From: an uncultured Roseivirga sp.
GTDB lineage: Bacteria; Bacteroidota; Bacteroidia; Cytophagales; Cyclobacteriaceae
NCBI RefSeq assembly: GCF_963973945.1
Contig: NZ_CAXBBV010000009.1
Span: 53,108 to 117,107 of the forward strand
Length of the DNA: 64,000 nucleotides
Direction of reading: 5' to 3'
A program made the position numbers and the translations under genes. Position 1 is the first letter of the stretch. The number at the start of each line of letters is the position of its first letter. Shown piece by piece: positions 38,695-47,387 of the stretch. Under the pieces are notes generated by a model that was not told the origin of the DNA, searched no databases, and saw nothing but the letters and a program-made list of their open reading frames with translations.

Positions 38695-40059
38695 TTACTC
38701 CTGATGAAAAACCATCTTAAAAGTAGCGCCCTTACCAAGCTCAGTTTCAAGCTGAATATCTCCACCATGCAGCTGCATAATTTGCTTAGAAAGGCTGAGT
38801 CCAATACCCGAACCTCTGTTTTTGGTAGAGAAGAAAGGCATGAAAATCTTCTCAGTGGCTTCAGGAGTAATGCCCGCGCCATTGTCGCTAATTGATACAG
38901 TCACTAACTCTCCATGCACACTGGTTTCTAGTTTCACTTTAGCATTTTCTTTATTTTCAACCACTTCCAAGGCATTTTTCAGAATATTGATCAGTACCTG
39001 TTCAATCAATTGATAGTCAATGTTTAATTGAATTGGGGTTTCAGCGTGAATGACTTCCAACGCTACATTCGCTTTAAGGAAATCATTCTTGAGTAAGGCT
39101 GTTGTGTTTTGCACCAATGACTTGACATCCGTTGGACGTTTGTCGGGTTCTGGTAGGTTGGTGTAATCGCGATAGGCGTTTACAAAATTGATGAGCCCTT
39201 CACTACGGCTAGAAATGGTGCTCAAGCCTTCGGTAAGGTCTTCCAAGCTTTCATCTTCAATGGTATTGAGTCCGTTTTTCTTAATTACATCTTCTTTCAA
39301 CACTTCGCTTAGGGTAGAAGTGAGCGAAGAAATAGGGGCAATGGAATTCATGATTTCGTGCCGAAGTACTTTGGTAAGGTTCTGCCAAGCTTCCAATTCT
39401 TTGGCTTGTAATTCCGCCTTAATGTCCTGTAAGGCAATCAATCTGTAGAGCTCACCTCCCAGTTTATACATGGTTTCAAGAATCACCAATTCCTGTCCTT
39501 TTTCATTTTTGTAAGCTGCTCTTTTAGAGGAGTTAAGGTGAGTAATGGTAAAGTGAAAGTTAAGCGCTTTTTGTCTGAGGTCATCAAGACTCCTAAGACT
39601 TTCGAGCTGTAATAAATGAAGTGCAGAACGGTTGATCAATTTCACTTCCCCAGTCTCGTTGATGGCGATGATTCCCGTACCAATATTTTCAACGACTACG
39701 CGCAACTGCTGAAAAGACTGCTCGCTCTTTTTACGTTCCTCCAAAATGGCATCAATCACATCTTTAAAAGCTAGATTCAGTGCTTTAAAGGTTTTTCCCA
39801 ATTTATTATCATGAGTAAAACTCATGTTGAAGTCGTTGTATTTGATGGCATCGAAGAAGCGAGTGAGCTTCTTGTTGGTACTTTCGATGTAGTTGAAAAG
39901 CTCAAATACCTCGAAAATGATCAGGAAACCAGTGACCACGGTAGTTACATACTTCTGATCGAAGAAGAGCAAATACACGAAAACGGCTACCGTAACAAAC
40001 AATACGATAACGCGAATCAGTACGAATATTCTAAAGCGATTAAAGCCCATATTTCTCAA
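38695..40059 (-). CDS. Sensor histidine kinase (two TM helices, PAS-like, HisKA, HATPase)
   Basis: RHEIMNS (H box), NILKNA (N), DNGAGI (G1), FFSTK (F) and GSGIGL (G2). Confidence 0.93.
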   Translation of the reverse strand: MRNMGFNRFRIFVLIRVIVLFVTVAVFVYLLFFDQKYVTTVVTGFLIIFEVFELFNYIESTNKKLTRFFDAIKYNDFNMSFTHDNKLGKTFKALNLAFKDVIDAILEERKKSEQSFQQLRVVVENIGTGIIAINETGEVKLINRSALHLLQLESLRSLDDLRQKALNFHFTITHLNSSKRAAYKNEKGQELVILETMYKLGGELYRLIALQDIKAELQAKELEAWQNLTKVLRHEIMNSIAPISSLTSTLSEVLKEDVIKKNGLNTIEDESLEDLTEGLSTISSRSEGLINFVNAYRDYTNLPEPDKRPTDVKSLVQNTTALLKNDFLKANVALEVIHAETPIQLNIDYQLIEQVLINILKNALEVVENKENAKVKLETSVHGELVTVSISDNGAGITPEATEKIFMPFFSTKNRGSGIGLSLSKQIMQLHGGDIQLETELGKGATFKMVFHQE

Positions 40060-41416
40060 GTCTTCGGTACAAAGATGAACGGGTTAAACCTAATTCTTGT
40101 GCCGCATGGGTGATATTTCCGTTATGTTTGGCCAATACTTTTCTGATTAGGATTCGCTCGACATCTTCCAAGTTGAACTGTTCCAAATTGATGTCATCCT
40201 TATCGCGAACAGGCTGATTATTATTGAAAAAGAAGTCCTCGGGTTGAAGAATGTTATCACGACTCATGATTACCGCGCGCTCTATGGCATGTTGTAACTC
40301 ACGCACATTCCCGGGCCAGCTATATTTCTCCAAGCGCTTAAGGGTGGCTTCACTGAACTTGTAAATGTCTTTATTGTACTTTTTTGCGTAGTCTTTTAGG
40401 TAATGTTCAGCAAGTAGGGGGATGTCCTCAATTCGTTCCCTCAAAGCGGGCAACTTCAGTTCTATGGTGTTAATCCGATAGAGTAAATCTTGCCTAAATT
40501 CTCCTTTCTGCACCATTTCGTAAAGCGGCATATTGGTGGCGCAGATCAAGCGAATATCGACATCAATTGTCTTATTCGATCCGACACGATTCACTTTTCT
40601 GTTTTGTACTGCGGTTAAGAGTTTGGCTTGCAATGGAAGTGAAAGGTTGCCAATTTCATCCAAAAATAAGGTGCCTCCATTGGCGATTTCAAATCTACCT
40701 GCACGGTCTGTTTTAGCATCGGTGAAGGATCCGCGCACGTGACCAAAGAGTTCGCTTTCAAATAAGTTCTCAGAAATAGCCCCTAAGTCTACACTTATAA
40801 AGGGCTTTTCTGCTCTTTTTGAATTTCTGTGAATTGATCTGGCTATCAGCTCTTTACCTGTTCCGTTTTCACCCAATACTAAAACATTGGCATCTGTGCT
40901 TGCTACTCGCTCAATGGTATCGAAAACCTGAATCATCGATCCACTTTGTCCAATAATTTCCTTGAATTTATGATCGAGGTCTTGGGTCAAAGTATCTTCT
41001 CGGTCTTTCATTAATTTTAGCTCTTCTTTAGACGACCTTAAGCGGATGGACGAAAGGAGAGTGGCCAAGAGTTGCTCGTTTTCCCAAGGCTTCATTACAA
41101 AATCAGAAGCGCCTGCTTTAATGGCTTTTACGGCCAAATCCACTGAACCAAAGGCGGTAATGAGCACTACCACTGCGGATGGGTCGATCTCTAATATTTT
41201 ATCCAACCAATGAAAACCTTCTTGCCCAGAGTTTACATCTTGGGTGAAATTCATATCGAGCAGAATGACATCATATGCATCATTTTGGAGCAGGTCAGGA
41301 ATAAGTGTGGGGTCTTTCTCCAAATCAATTTGACCAAAATGCCGCTTCAGATAAATTCTGGCGGCTTTTAGTAAATCTTCATTGTCGTCTATGATGAGTA
41401 TTTTTCCTTGTTTCAC
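40040..41416 (-). CDS. Sigma-54-dependent response regulator (NtrC-type: REC-AAA+-Fis HTH)
   Basis: IIDDN...LLDMN, GENGTGKE, GHVRGSFTDA (GAFTGA-loop variant), LFLDEIG, WPGNVRELQH and a C-terminal HTH. GTG start; overlaps the kinase. Confidence 0.95.
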   Translation of the reverse strand: MKQGKILIIDDNEDLLKAARIYLKRHFGQIDLEKDPTLIPDLLQNDAYDVILLDMNFTQDVNSGQEGFHWLDKILEIDPSAVVVLITAFGSVDLAVKAIKAGASDFVMKPWENEQLLATLLSSIRLRSSKEELKLMKDREDTLTQDLDHKFKEIIGQSGSMIQVFDTIERVASTDANVLVLGENGTGKELIARSIHRNSKRAEKPFISVDLGAISENLFESELFGHVRGSFTDAKTDRAGRFEIANGGTLFLDEIGNLSLPLQAKLLTAVQNRKVNRVGSNKTIDVDIRLICATNMPLYEMVQKGEFRQDLLYRINTIELKLPALRERIEDIPLLAEHYLKDYAKKYNKDIYKFSEATLKRLEKYSWPGNVRELQHAIERAVIMSRDNILQPEDFFFNNNQPVRDKDDINLEQFNLEDVERILIRKVLAKHNGNITHAAQELGLTRSSLYRRLEKYGL

Positions 41417-41431
41417 GGTGTGTCTATTTTA

Positions 41432-41589
41432 CAATCCCCCAGCCCCCTTGGCCAAGGGGGAGGTGGTAACGATGTTGATTACTTTCAATACTACTTTCTC
41501 TTTTCTTTACCCTTATGGCTTCGGATTTTAACTAACCAATGCTGTCTATTCGAAGCCTTCCCCCTTTTTCAAAGGGGGCTAGGGGGATT
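41432..41589. repeat. ~158-bp REP-doublet unit, left copy
   Basis: CAATCCCCCAGCCCCCTTGGCCAAGGGGG...CCCCCTTTTTCAAAGGGGGCTAGGGGGATT, with internal hairpins and inverted termini. Confidence 0.9.
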
Positions 41590-41593
41590 ACGA

Positions 41594-41974
41594 TTACTCT
41601 ATCGCTTTATTCAATGTTTCTTCTGATAAATGGCCTTCAATCGTTCTAATTACATTTTTTAAGTCATATTTAACATCTACTTCCGCAATTCGAACAACTT
41701 TATATCCCAGCTCATTTAGTCTTAAGTCTCTTGTTCTATCCTGCTCTTGTTTGTCATCATGCGATCGGCCATCAAGTTCTATAATCAACCTTTCCTTTCT
41801 ACATATAAAATCAACAATGTAATTTTCGATTGCGAATTGTCTGTTAAACTGAAGTCCATAAAATCGTTTTGCCCTGAGCACATGAGCCCATAAGATGGCC
41901 TCACCGGGAGTTCCATGTTTTCGGAGCTCACGAGCCAATGGTTTTAGTTTCTTATTGTAACTGGACTTGTTCAT
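41594..41974 (-). CDS. DUF559-family (Vsr-like PD-(D/E)xK) endonuclease domain protein
   Basis: ARELRK..TPGEAILW...FNRQF.I..YIVDFIC....LIIELDGRSH...DR.RD..L..LGYKVVR. Confidence 0.93.
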   Translation of the reverse strand: MNKSSYNKKLKPLARELRKHGTPGEAILWAHVLRAKRFYGLQFNRQFAIENYIVDFICRKERLIIELDGRSHDDKQEQDRTRDLRLNELGYKVVRIAEVDVKYDLKNVIRTIEGHLSEETLNKAIE

Positions 41975-42017
41975 GTTATTTATTCAATCCTTAAACGCTT
42001 TTAAGTATTTATGAAAT

Positions 42018-42174
42018 CAATCCCCCAACCCCCTTGGCCAAGGGGGACGCGGTTACGATGCTGATTACTATCAATATTTCTTCACCTTTTCTTTATCCTT
42101 TTGGCTTCGGCTTTGATTAAACACGGCTGTCTATTCGGAACCTTCCCCCTTTCTTAAAGGGGGGCAGGGGGATT
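42018..42174. repeat. ~157-bp REP-doublet unit, right copy (direct repeat of 41432-41589)
   Basis: CAATCCCCCAACCCCCTTGGCCAAGGGGG...CCCCCTTTCTTAAAGGGGGGCAGGGGGATT. It aligns end to end with the left copy, roughly 80% identical by eye. Confidence 0.9.
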
Positions 42175-42263
42175 TTGTCTCGTCATGTCTCGCCTTAGTA
42201 TTGGTTTACATTTGCTTTTCAATCTTATGCAAATCAAAAGCTTGTCGAATATACAAACAAATG

Positions 42264-42369
42264 TTGCCGTCCGCTAGCGGACGGCAAAGTGCGATGGCGA
42301 CCAATTAGCAAGAGGTTGTTTGTGTTAATTTATTGATATATAGTTAATTAACTTTGGTATGACAGTTGG
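42264..42369 (+). promoter_or_regulatory. Candidate sigma-54 promoter: palindromic UAS, IHF-like site and -24/-12 box
   Basis: Perfect 24-bp palindrome TTGCCGTCCGCTAGCGGACGGCAA (42264-42287); TATCAATAAATTA on the minus strand (42338-42326) matches WATCAANNNNTTR; TGGTAT-N5-TTGG (42355-42369) has the -24/-12 spacing. Confidence 0.6.
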
Positions 42370-42432
42370 TTAACTGCTGACGTTATTTACCGATTAATTT
42401 TATCACTCTAGTTTTTAACCTAAATAGAATTC

Positions 42433-44805
42433 ATGTTATCATCCTTTTTTAGAATAGCTTTTCGATACCTGGTAAAGAACAAGCTTTACTCTGTTCTGAA
42501 TATATTCGGACTGACAGTGGGCTTGATCTGCTTTGTCATTCTAAGCCTATATGTAAGGGAGCAATTTGATAAGGATACGTATCACGCTCACTCAGAAGAG
42601 ATCTACAGGGTTCTAGTAGCCAGAGATGATACTACAGAAGTCGAACCCAATTGGGAAATAATGACGCAATTTCCCGTGGCCGAGTTGTTCAAAGAAGGTA
42701 TTCCAGAGGTGAAAAACACAGTGAGATTTGGCCAAACTTCTGAGTTACTTGTTGAAGCTGGTCAACGAAAATTTAAGATTCAGTCTCTTCATTTTGCTGA
42801 CCCTTCCTTATTCGATGTATTTGATTTTGATGTGCTAGCGCAGTCTAAACCACTAGATCAGCAAACTGTAAGTGAGCTCATAATAGTGAAGTCTGAGGCA
42901 GAAAAACTCTTCGACTCTCCATCAGGTGCCATTAGTCAAACCGTAAATTTGAACGGTTATGGAATGTTTAAGGTGATTGGGGTAATTGATGATCTTGGTC
43001 AAGAAACTCATATGGGTTTCAAGTACATTCTTCCCGTTGAGCAATCTGATAAGGCTTACGGAGAAGATGGGCGTTATCGAGACTGGGGGGTATTGTCTGG
43101 GTTTCCGCTCTATGTTCAGATTGAAGAAAACGCACAGGTTGAAGATATTGAGCATAAAGCTAAGACACTTCTTCAGCCTCATATTAAGAACATGAGTGTT
43201 CGTTTAGAGCCTGTGAGTGAAGTTTACTTCAGTAAACTATATTCATTTTTTAAGAAAACGGGCGATAAACAATTTATAAGGCTATACTTACTCGTTGGGC
43301 TTCTGATTCTATTTATTGCTTGTATTAACTACACCAACTTATCAACCGCCAGATACCTAAAAAGAGCCAAGGAGGTTGGTATAAGAAAGACAGTTGGCGG
43401 TTACAGAAGTCAGATTATCACCCAATTTTTTATTGAGTCCATTGCGCTTGCCTTTATAGCTGTGGTACTTTCAGTATGTTTTACTGAAATACTTCTGCCT
43501 TCATTTAATGCTTTTGCGGGGTCTTCCATATTTATTGATTACCAAAGCCCCTTTACCTACTTATTTATGGTATTGGCTGTTTTGGGCATTGGCGTTTTTG
43601 CAGGGCTTTATCCCGCTGTTTTCCTCAGCCGTTTTAGTGCTACCCAAATTTTATCGGGCAGTGTAACTAAAGGCAAATCAGGTCTGCTTTTCAGAAATAT
43701 ATTGGTGGTGGTTCAATTCTTTATTTGTATTGGTTTGTTTATTTCTACCAATGTTATCTATCAACAATTCAGGCATTTAAAGTCGTTAGACTTGGGATTT
43801 GATAAGGAACAAGTGATTATGATTCCATTGAATGACCAAGCGATCAAACAATCATACAAAGCTTTTAAAAGTGAACTGAGCTCAAATCCTTCTATTGAAT
43901 GGATGACAGGAGCAGGGCCAAAAGTGTTTGGCGGACAAGCTCAGTTTTATTTAGAAATTGATGGAAGTGAGGACGTTACGCCCATTTCCATCTTCCCTGT
44001 TGATGAGGACTTCTTTCAAAAATTTGACATAAAACTATTGGAAGGAAAGCTCTATCAGCCTGAATTAGGTAAGGAGGGGAATGATTTTCTAATCGTGAAT
44101 GAAGCCTTGGCGAAAGTGGGTGGATGGAAGATTGAAGATAAGATGGGTAAGAATGTGTTTAAACGTAATGTGGGCGTCCCAAATTTGGGTGGGGTAGTTG
44201 AAGACTTCGTGTTCTTTTCGGTGAAAGATGAAGTAACACCAGCGGCATATCTTTATAAACCCAACGATAATAATCTGGCCTATATAAAGGTAAAGCCTGA
44301 AAACATGGAAGCCACTATTGCTTCTATTCGAGCCACTTACGAAAAATTTGCCAACCTTTATCCTTTTGAATACTCCTTTTTGGATCAAGAGTATGCTGCC
44401 CAATATGCAAAGGAGCAGCGTTTGGCCAACATATTTACCACCTTTAGTGCCGTAGCCATTTTAATTGCATTGCTAGGTTTGTTTGGGCTTACAATATTCT
44501 TGGCTGAACAACGCTTGAAAGAATTCAGCATACGAAAAGTGCTTGGCGCTTCAAACATCCATTTGATTTGGTTAATGAACAGTGGCATCAGCCGCATGTT
44601 GCTGATCAGTACCGCATTTGTGATTCCTTTGGTCTATTATTTCCTTAAAGATTGGATCAACACATTTGCTTTTAGAATTAAGCTTGATTGGCCTCTTTTT
44701 GCATTGCCAGTGGTCTTGGTAATGCTTTTTGCTTGGCTTACTACACTTTATCAGTCGGTTAATTCGGCAAGAAAAAACCCAGTAGATTCATTACGCAACG
44801 AATAA
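42433..44805 (+). CDS. Duplicated FtsX/MacB-type ABC transporter permease (copy 1)
   Basis: Two MacB_PCD+FtsX halves, ACINYTNLSTARYLKRAKEVGIRK, RLKEFSIRKVLGA and a C-terminal NPVDSLRNE. Confidence 0.93.
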   Translation: MLSSFFRIAFRYLVKNKLYSVLNIFGLTVGLICFVILSLYVREQFDKDTYHAHSEEIYRVLVARDDTTEVEPNWEIMTQFPVAELFKEGIPEVKNTVRFGQTSELLVEAGQRKFKIQSLHFADPSLFDVFDFDVLAQSKPLDQQTVSELIIVKSEAEKLFDSPSGAISQTVNLNGYGMFKVIGVIDDLGQETHMGFKYILPVEQSDKAYGEDGRYRDWGVLSGFPLYVQIEENAQVEDIEHKAKTLLQPHIKNMSVRLEPVSEVYFSKLYSFFKKTGDKQFIRLYLLVGLLILFIACINYTNLSTARYLKRAKEVGIRKTVGGYRSQIITQFFIESIALAFIAVVLSVCFTEILLPSFNAFAGSSIFIDYQSPFTYLFMVLAVLGIGVFAGLYPAVFLSRFSATQILSGSVTKGKSGLLFRNILVVVQFFICIGLFISTNVIYQQFRHLKSLDLGFDKEQVIMIPLNDQAIKQSYKAFKSELSSNPSIEWMTGAGPKVFGGQAQFYLEIDGSEDVTPISIFPVDEDFFQKFDIKLLEGKLYQPELGKEGNDFLIVNEALAKVGGWKIEDKMGKNVFKRNVGVPNLGGVVEDFVFFSVKDEVTPAAYLYKPNDNNLAYIKVKPENMEATIASIRATYEKFANLYPFEYSFLDQEYAAQYAKEQRLANIFTTFSAVAILIALLGLFGLTIFLAEQRLKEFSIRKVLGASNIHLIWLMNSGISRMLLISTAFVIPLVYYFLKDWINTFAFRIKLDWPLFALPVVLVMLFAWLTTLYQSVNSARKNPVDSLRNE

Positions 44806-44830
44806 ACTCAATTATTAAAACAACAAGGTC

Positions 44831-47224
44831 ATGTTTAAAAACTATGTAAACATTGCAATAAGAAGCCTTAAAAGACAAAAGGCCTACTCACTGATCAACA
44901 TCTCAGGATTATCGGTGGGTATTATGGCATGTATTATCATTCTACTCTATGTAAGGAATGAGTCATCCTATGAGGGTTTTTACCCCGATTCTGATAAGAT
45001 TTATCGCGTTACCAGTAGTTATGAAACTTCTGGCAATGTTCAGAATATAGCAATTACCCCAACAAAGATCACTCAAGTTTCTTTGGAACATATTCCTGAA
45101 ACAGAAGAAGCAACTTTCATTTATGATTGGAGGGTAGGTAGAGAGTTTTTGATGAAGTACAAGGACAAAACCTTTACCGAAACTAAAATCTATTATGCCG
45201 ACACAAGCTACTTTAAGGTTTTTCAGTATGAATTTTTAGAAGGAGATGTTAAAACAGCTTTAAGAGAACCACAAACCTTAATAATGACCGAAGAGTCGGC
45301 CATTAAATATTTTGGAGGTGCCTCGGAAGCTTACGGTAAAATCATCAAAGCCAATAATTCTGATTTTAAAGTAACAGGAGTAGTAAAGAAACCAATAGGA
45401 AACACTTCGTTGGCTTTTGACATGATAATTTCAGTACAATCGATTTTTGGTCAAATTGATAATGAGCGATGGTTTCCTATGAACTATTACACCTATGTAA
45501 AGCTTGCAGATGAGGCTGCGGCAAAAAGTTATTTGACTAAACTGAATGATTATGTAACAAAGGATTTTGGTGATGCGATGGAGGCTGGAGGGTTTAAGCT
45601 TTCTTATGATATTCAGCCCCTAACCGAAATGCATTTTGATATAACAAAAGGAGCAGATTATCCTGAGAAAATATCAAGAGAGTTGCTGTATTCACTAGTG
45701 GCCATAGCTGTTTTCATTCTATTAATTGCCTGCATTAATTATATCAATTTGAGTACGGCAAAATCTGAAAAACGAGCCAAAGAAGTAGGCATTAGAAAGG
45801 TAATGGGAGCCCATAGAAGACAGCTAATTCTTCAATTTTATGGGGAGACGTTTATGGTTACTCTTCTATCTGTAGTAATTGGGGTGGTTTTAGCCGAACT
45901 GTCATTGCCATTCTTTAATCAAATGGCAGGTACTCAGCTTTCTATAAGTCTTCAAAACGATCCCAATTTGTTGCTCATCCTAGTAGCTTTTGTTTTGGTA
46001 GTAAGCTTTATTTCTGGCAGTTATCCAGCATCATTTCTTTCTTCATTTCAGCCAGTTAAGGTACTTAAAGGCACTTTTAGTGTTAAGGGTGGAAATATGT
46101 TTCGAAGAATATTGGTTACACTTCAATTTACGGTAAGCGTTTTCCTTATCACCGGTACTTTGGTGATTTTCTATCAACTAAGGTATGTTCAGAGTACAGA
46201 TATTGGTTATGATCAAGATCAGGTAGTTTATCTAAAACTTCCAGACCGTACAGCTAGAGACGCCTATAGATCACTGAAATCTCGATTTGAAACCATTACG
46301 GGAGTTGAGGAAGTAACAGGAAGTAATAATGAAATTTCTAATGTGCTTTCGGGCTGGGGCGCTATCATGGACGGACTTCCAGAAAACGTAACCATTTCGT
46401 TTAGAGGTATGTATGGCGATCAGGATTTTCTAGAAACTTTTGGTTTCAATCTATTGGCGGGTGAAGGCTTTAAAAATAAGTCTGATTGGGATTCAACAGT
46501 TTATTACCTGGTAAACAAAACTGGGGTTGAAAAGCTGGGAATAAGCCCTGAAGAAGCGGTGGGAAAACGCTTTGGAATAGATGAAGGTATGATGGGCTAT
46601 ATAGCAGGAGTAGTAGATGATTTTCATTTTACTAGTTTTCATACAGACATAGAGCCTTGGGCGGCTTACACTGGACCTCAAAACTTTAAGCAATTACTTT
46701 ATGCAAAGGTCAATATGTCTCGAATTGAATCAGTAAAAGCTGAAATGGGCAAGGTATGGACTGATCTTGTACCAGATAGACCATTTGAACTGAGGTATGT
46801 GGACGAAGCGGTAAAAGGATTGTATGAAAAGGATAAACAGCTTAGCCAGATCATTCTCACTTTCACAGTCCTCGCCATTGCAATAGGCTGTTTAGGTCTG
46901 TTTGGCTTGGCTTCTTACTTAGCTGAAAAACGCACCAAAGAGATTGGTATTAGAAAAGTGCTTGGGGCCGATGTTTCCAAAATCGTCATGATGCTCTCTA
47001 AAGAATATGTCCGAATTATTTTGATTTCTAACCTCATCGGTTGGCCGATTGCTTACATCGCTATGAGTCGTTGGTTGGAAGGCTTTGCCTATAGTATTGA
47101 CTTAAGTTGGTATTATTTCCTTGTTGCTGGTTTGATGACTGTTATGGTAGCGATGTTTACGGTGTCATATCAGTCTGTGAAGGCGGCATTTTCTAATCCA
47201 GTAGATTCTTTAAGGAATGAGTAA
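44831..47224 (+). CDS. Duplicated FtsX/MacB-type ABC transporter permease (copy 2)
   Basis: ACINYINLSTA..EKRAKEVGIRKVMGA, RTKEIGIRKVLGA and NPVDSLRNE. Confidence 0.94.
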   Translation: MFKNYVNIAIRSLKRQKAYSLINISGLSVGIMACIIILLYVRNESSYEGFYPDSDKIYRVTSSYETSGNVQNIAITPTKITQVSLEHIPETEEATFIYDWRVGREFLMKYKDKTFTETKIYYADTSYFKVFQYEFLEGDVKTALREPQTLIMTEESAIKYFGGASEAYGKIIKANNSDFKVTGVVKKPIGNTSLAFDMIISVQSIFGQIDNERWFPMNYYTYVKLADEAAAKSYLTKLNDYVTKDFGDAMEAGGFKLSYDIQPLTEMHFDITKGADYPEKISRELLYSLVAIAVFILLIACINYINLSTAKSEKRAKEVGIRKVMGAHRRQLILQFYGETFMVTLLSVVIGVVLAELSLPFFNQMAGTQLSISLQNDPNLLLILVAFVLVVSFISGSYPASFLSSFQPVKVLKGTFSVKGGNMFRRILVTLQFTVSVFLITGTLVIFYQLRYVQSTDIGYDQDQVVYLKLPDRTARDAYRSLKSRFETITGVEEVTGSNNEISNVLSGWGAIMDGLPENVTISFRGMYGDQDFLETFGFNLLAGEGFKNKSDWDSTVYYLVNKTGVEKLGISPEEAVGKRFGIDEGMMGYIAGVVDDFHFTSFHTDIEPWAAYTGPQNFKQLLYAKVNMSRIESVKAEMGKVWTDLVPDRPFELRYVDEAVKGLYEKDKQLSQIILTFTVLAIAIGCLGLFGLASYLAEKRTKEIGIRKVLGADVSKIVMMLSKEYVRIILISNLIGWPIAYIAMSRWLEGFAYSIDLSWYYFLVAGLMTVMVAMFTVSYQSVKAAFSNPVDSLRNE

Positions 47225-47387
47225 AGCAATGAGCTATTGAAGTAATGAATTAAGGAGAGAGGGGATTAATGAGATAGTGAAGGAATGAGACAAATAAATT
47301 AATGAAAGAAGGTGTGAAGAGGGAAGTGGATTTTCGTTTTCACCAATGACCAATGACCAATGACCAATGACCAATGAACTATAACTA
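47225..47387. repeat. Intergenic spacer: purine-rich ~8-mers, TTTCGTTTTCAC, then (CCAATGA)x5
   Basis: Five perfect CCAATGA units at 47343-47377. Confidence 0.85.

Noticed and set aside
41408-41626. 72-aa plus-strand ORF
   Set aside because: It is a read-through of the REP-doublet unit (PSPLGQGG...FQRGLGG) and overlaps real genes at both ends.
41432-42174. Standard IS element
   Set aside because: The only ORF is DUF559. There is no DDE or HUH transposase motif and no clear target-site duplication outside the repeats.
47343-47377. CRISPR array
   Set aside because: These are contiguous 7-bp units with no unique spacers, and no cas genes are present.
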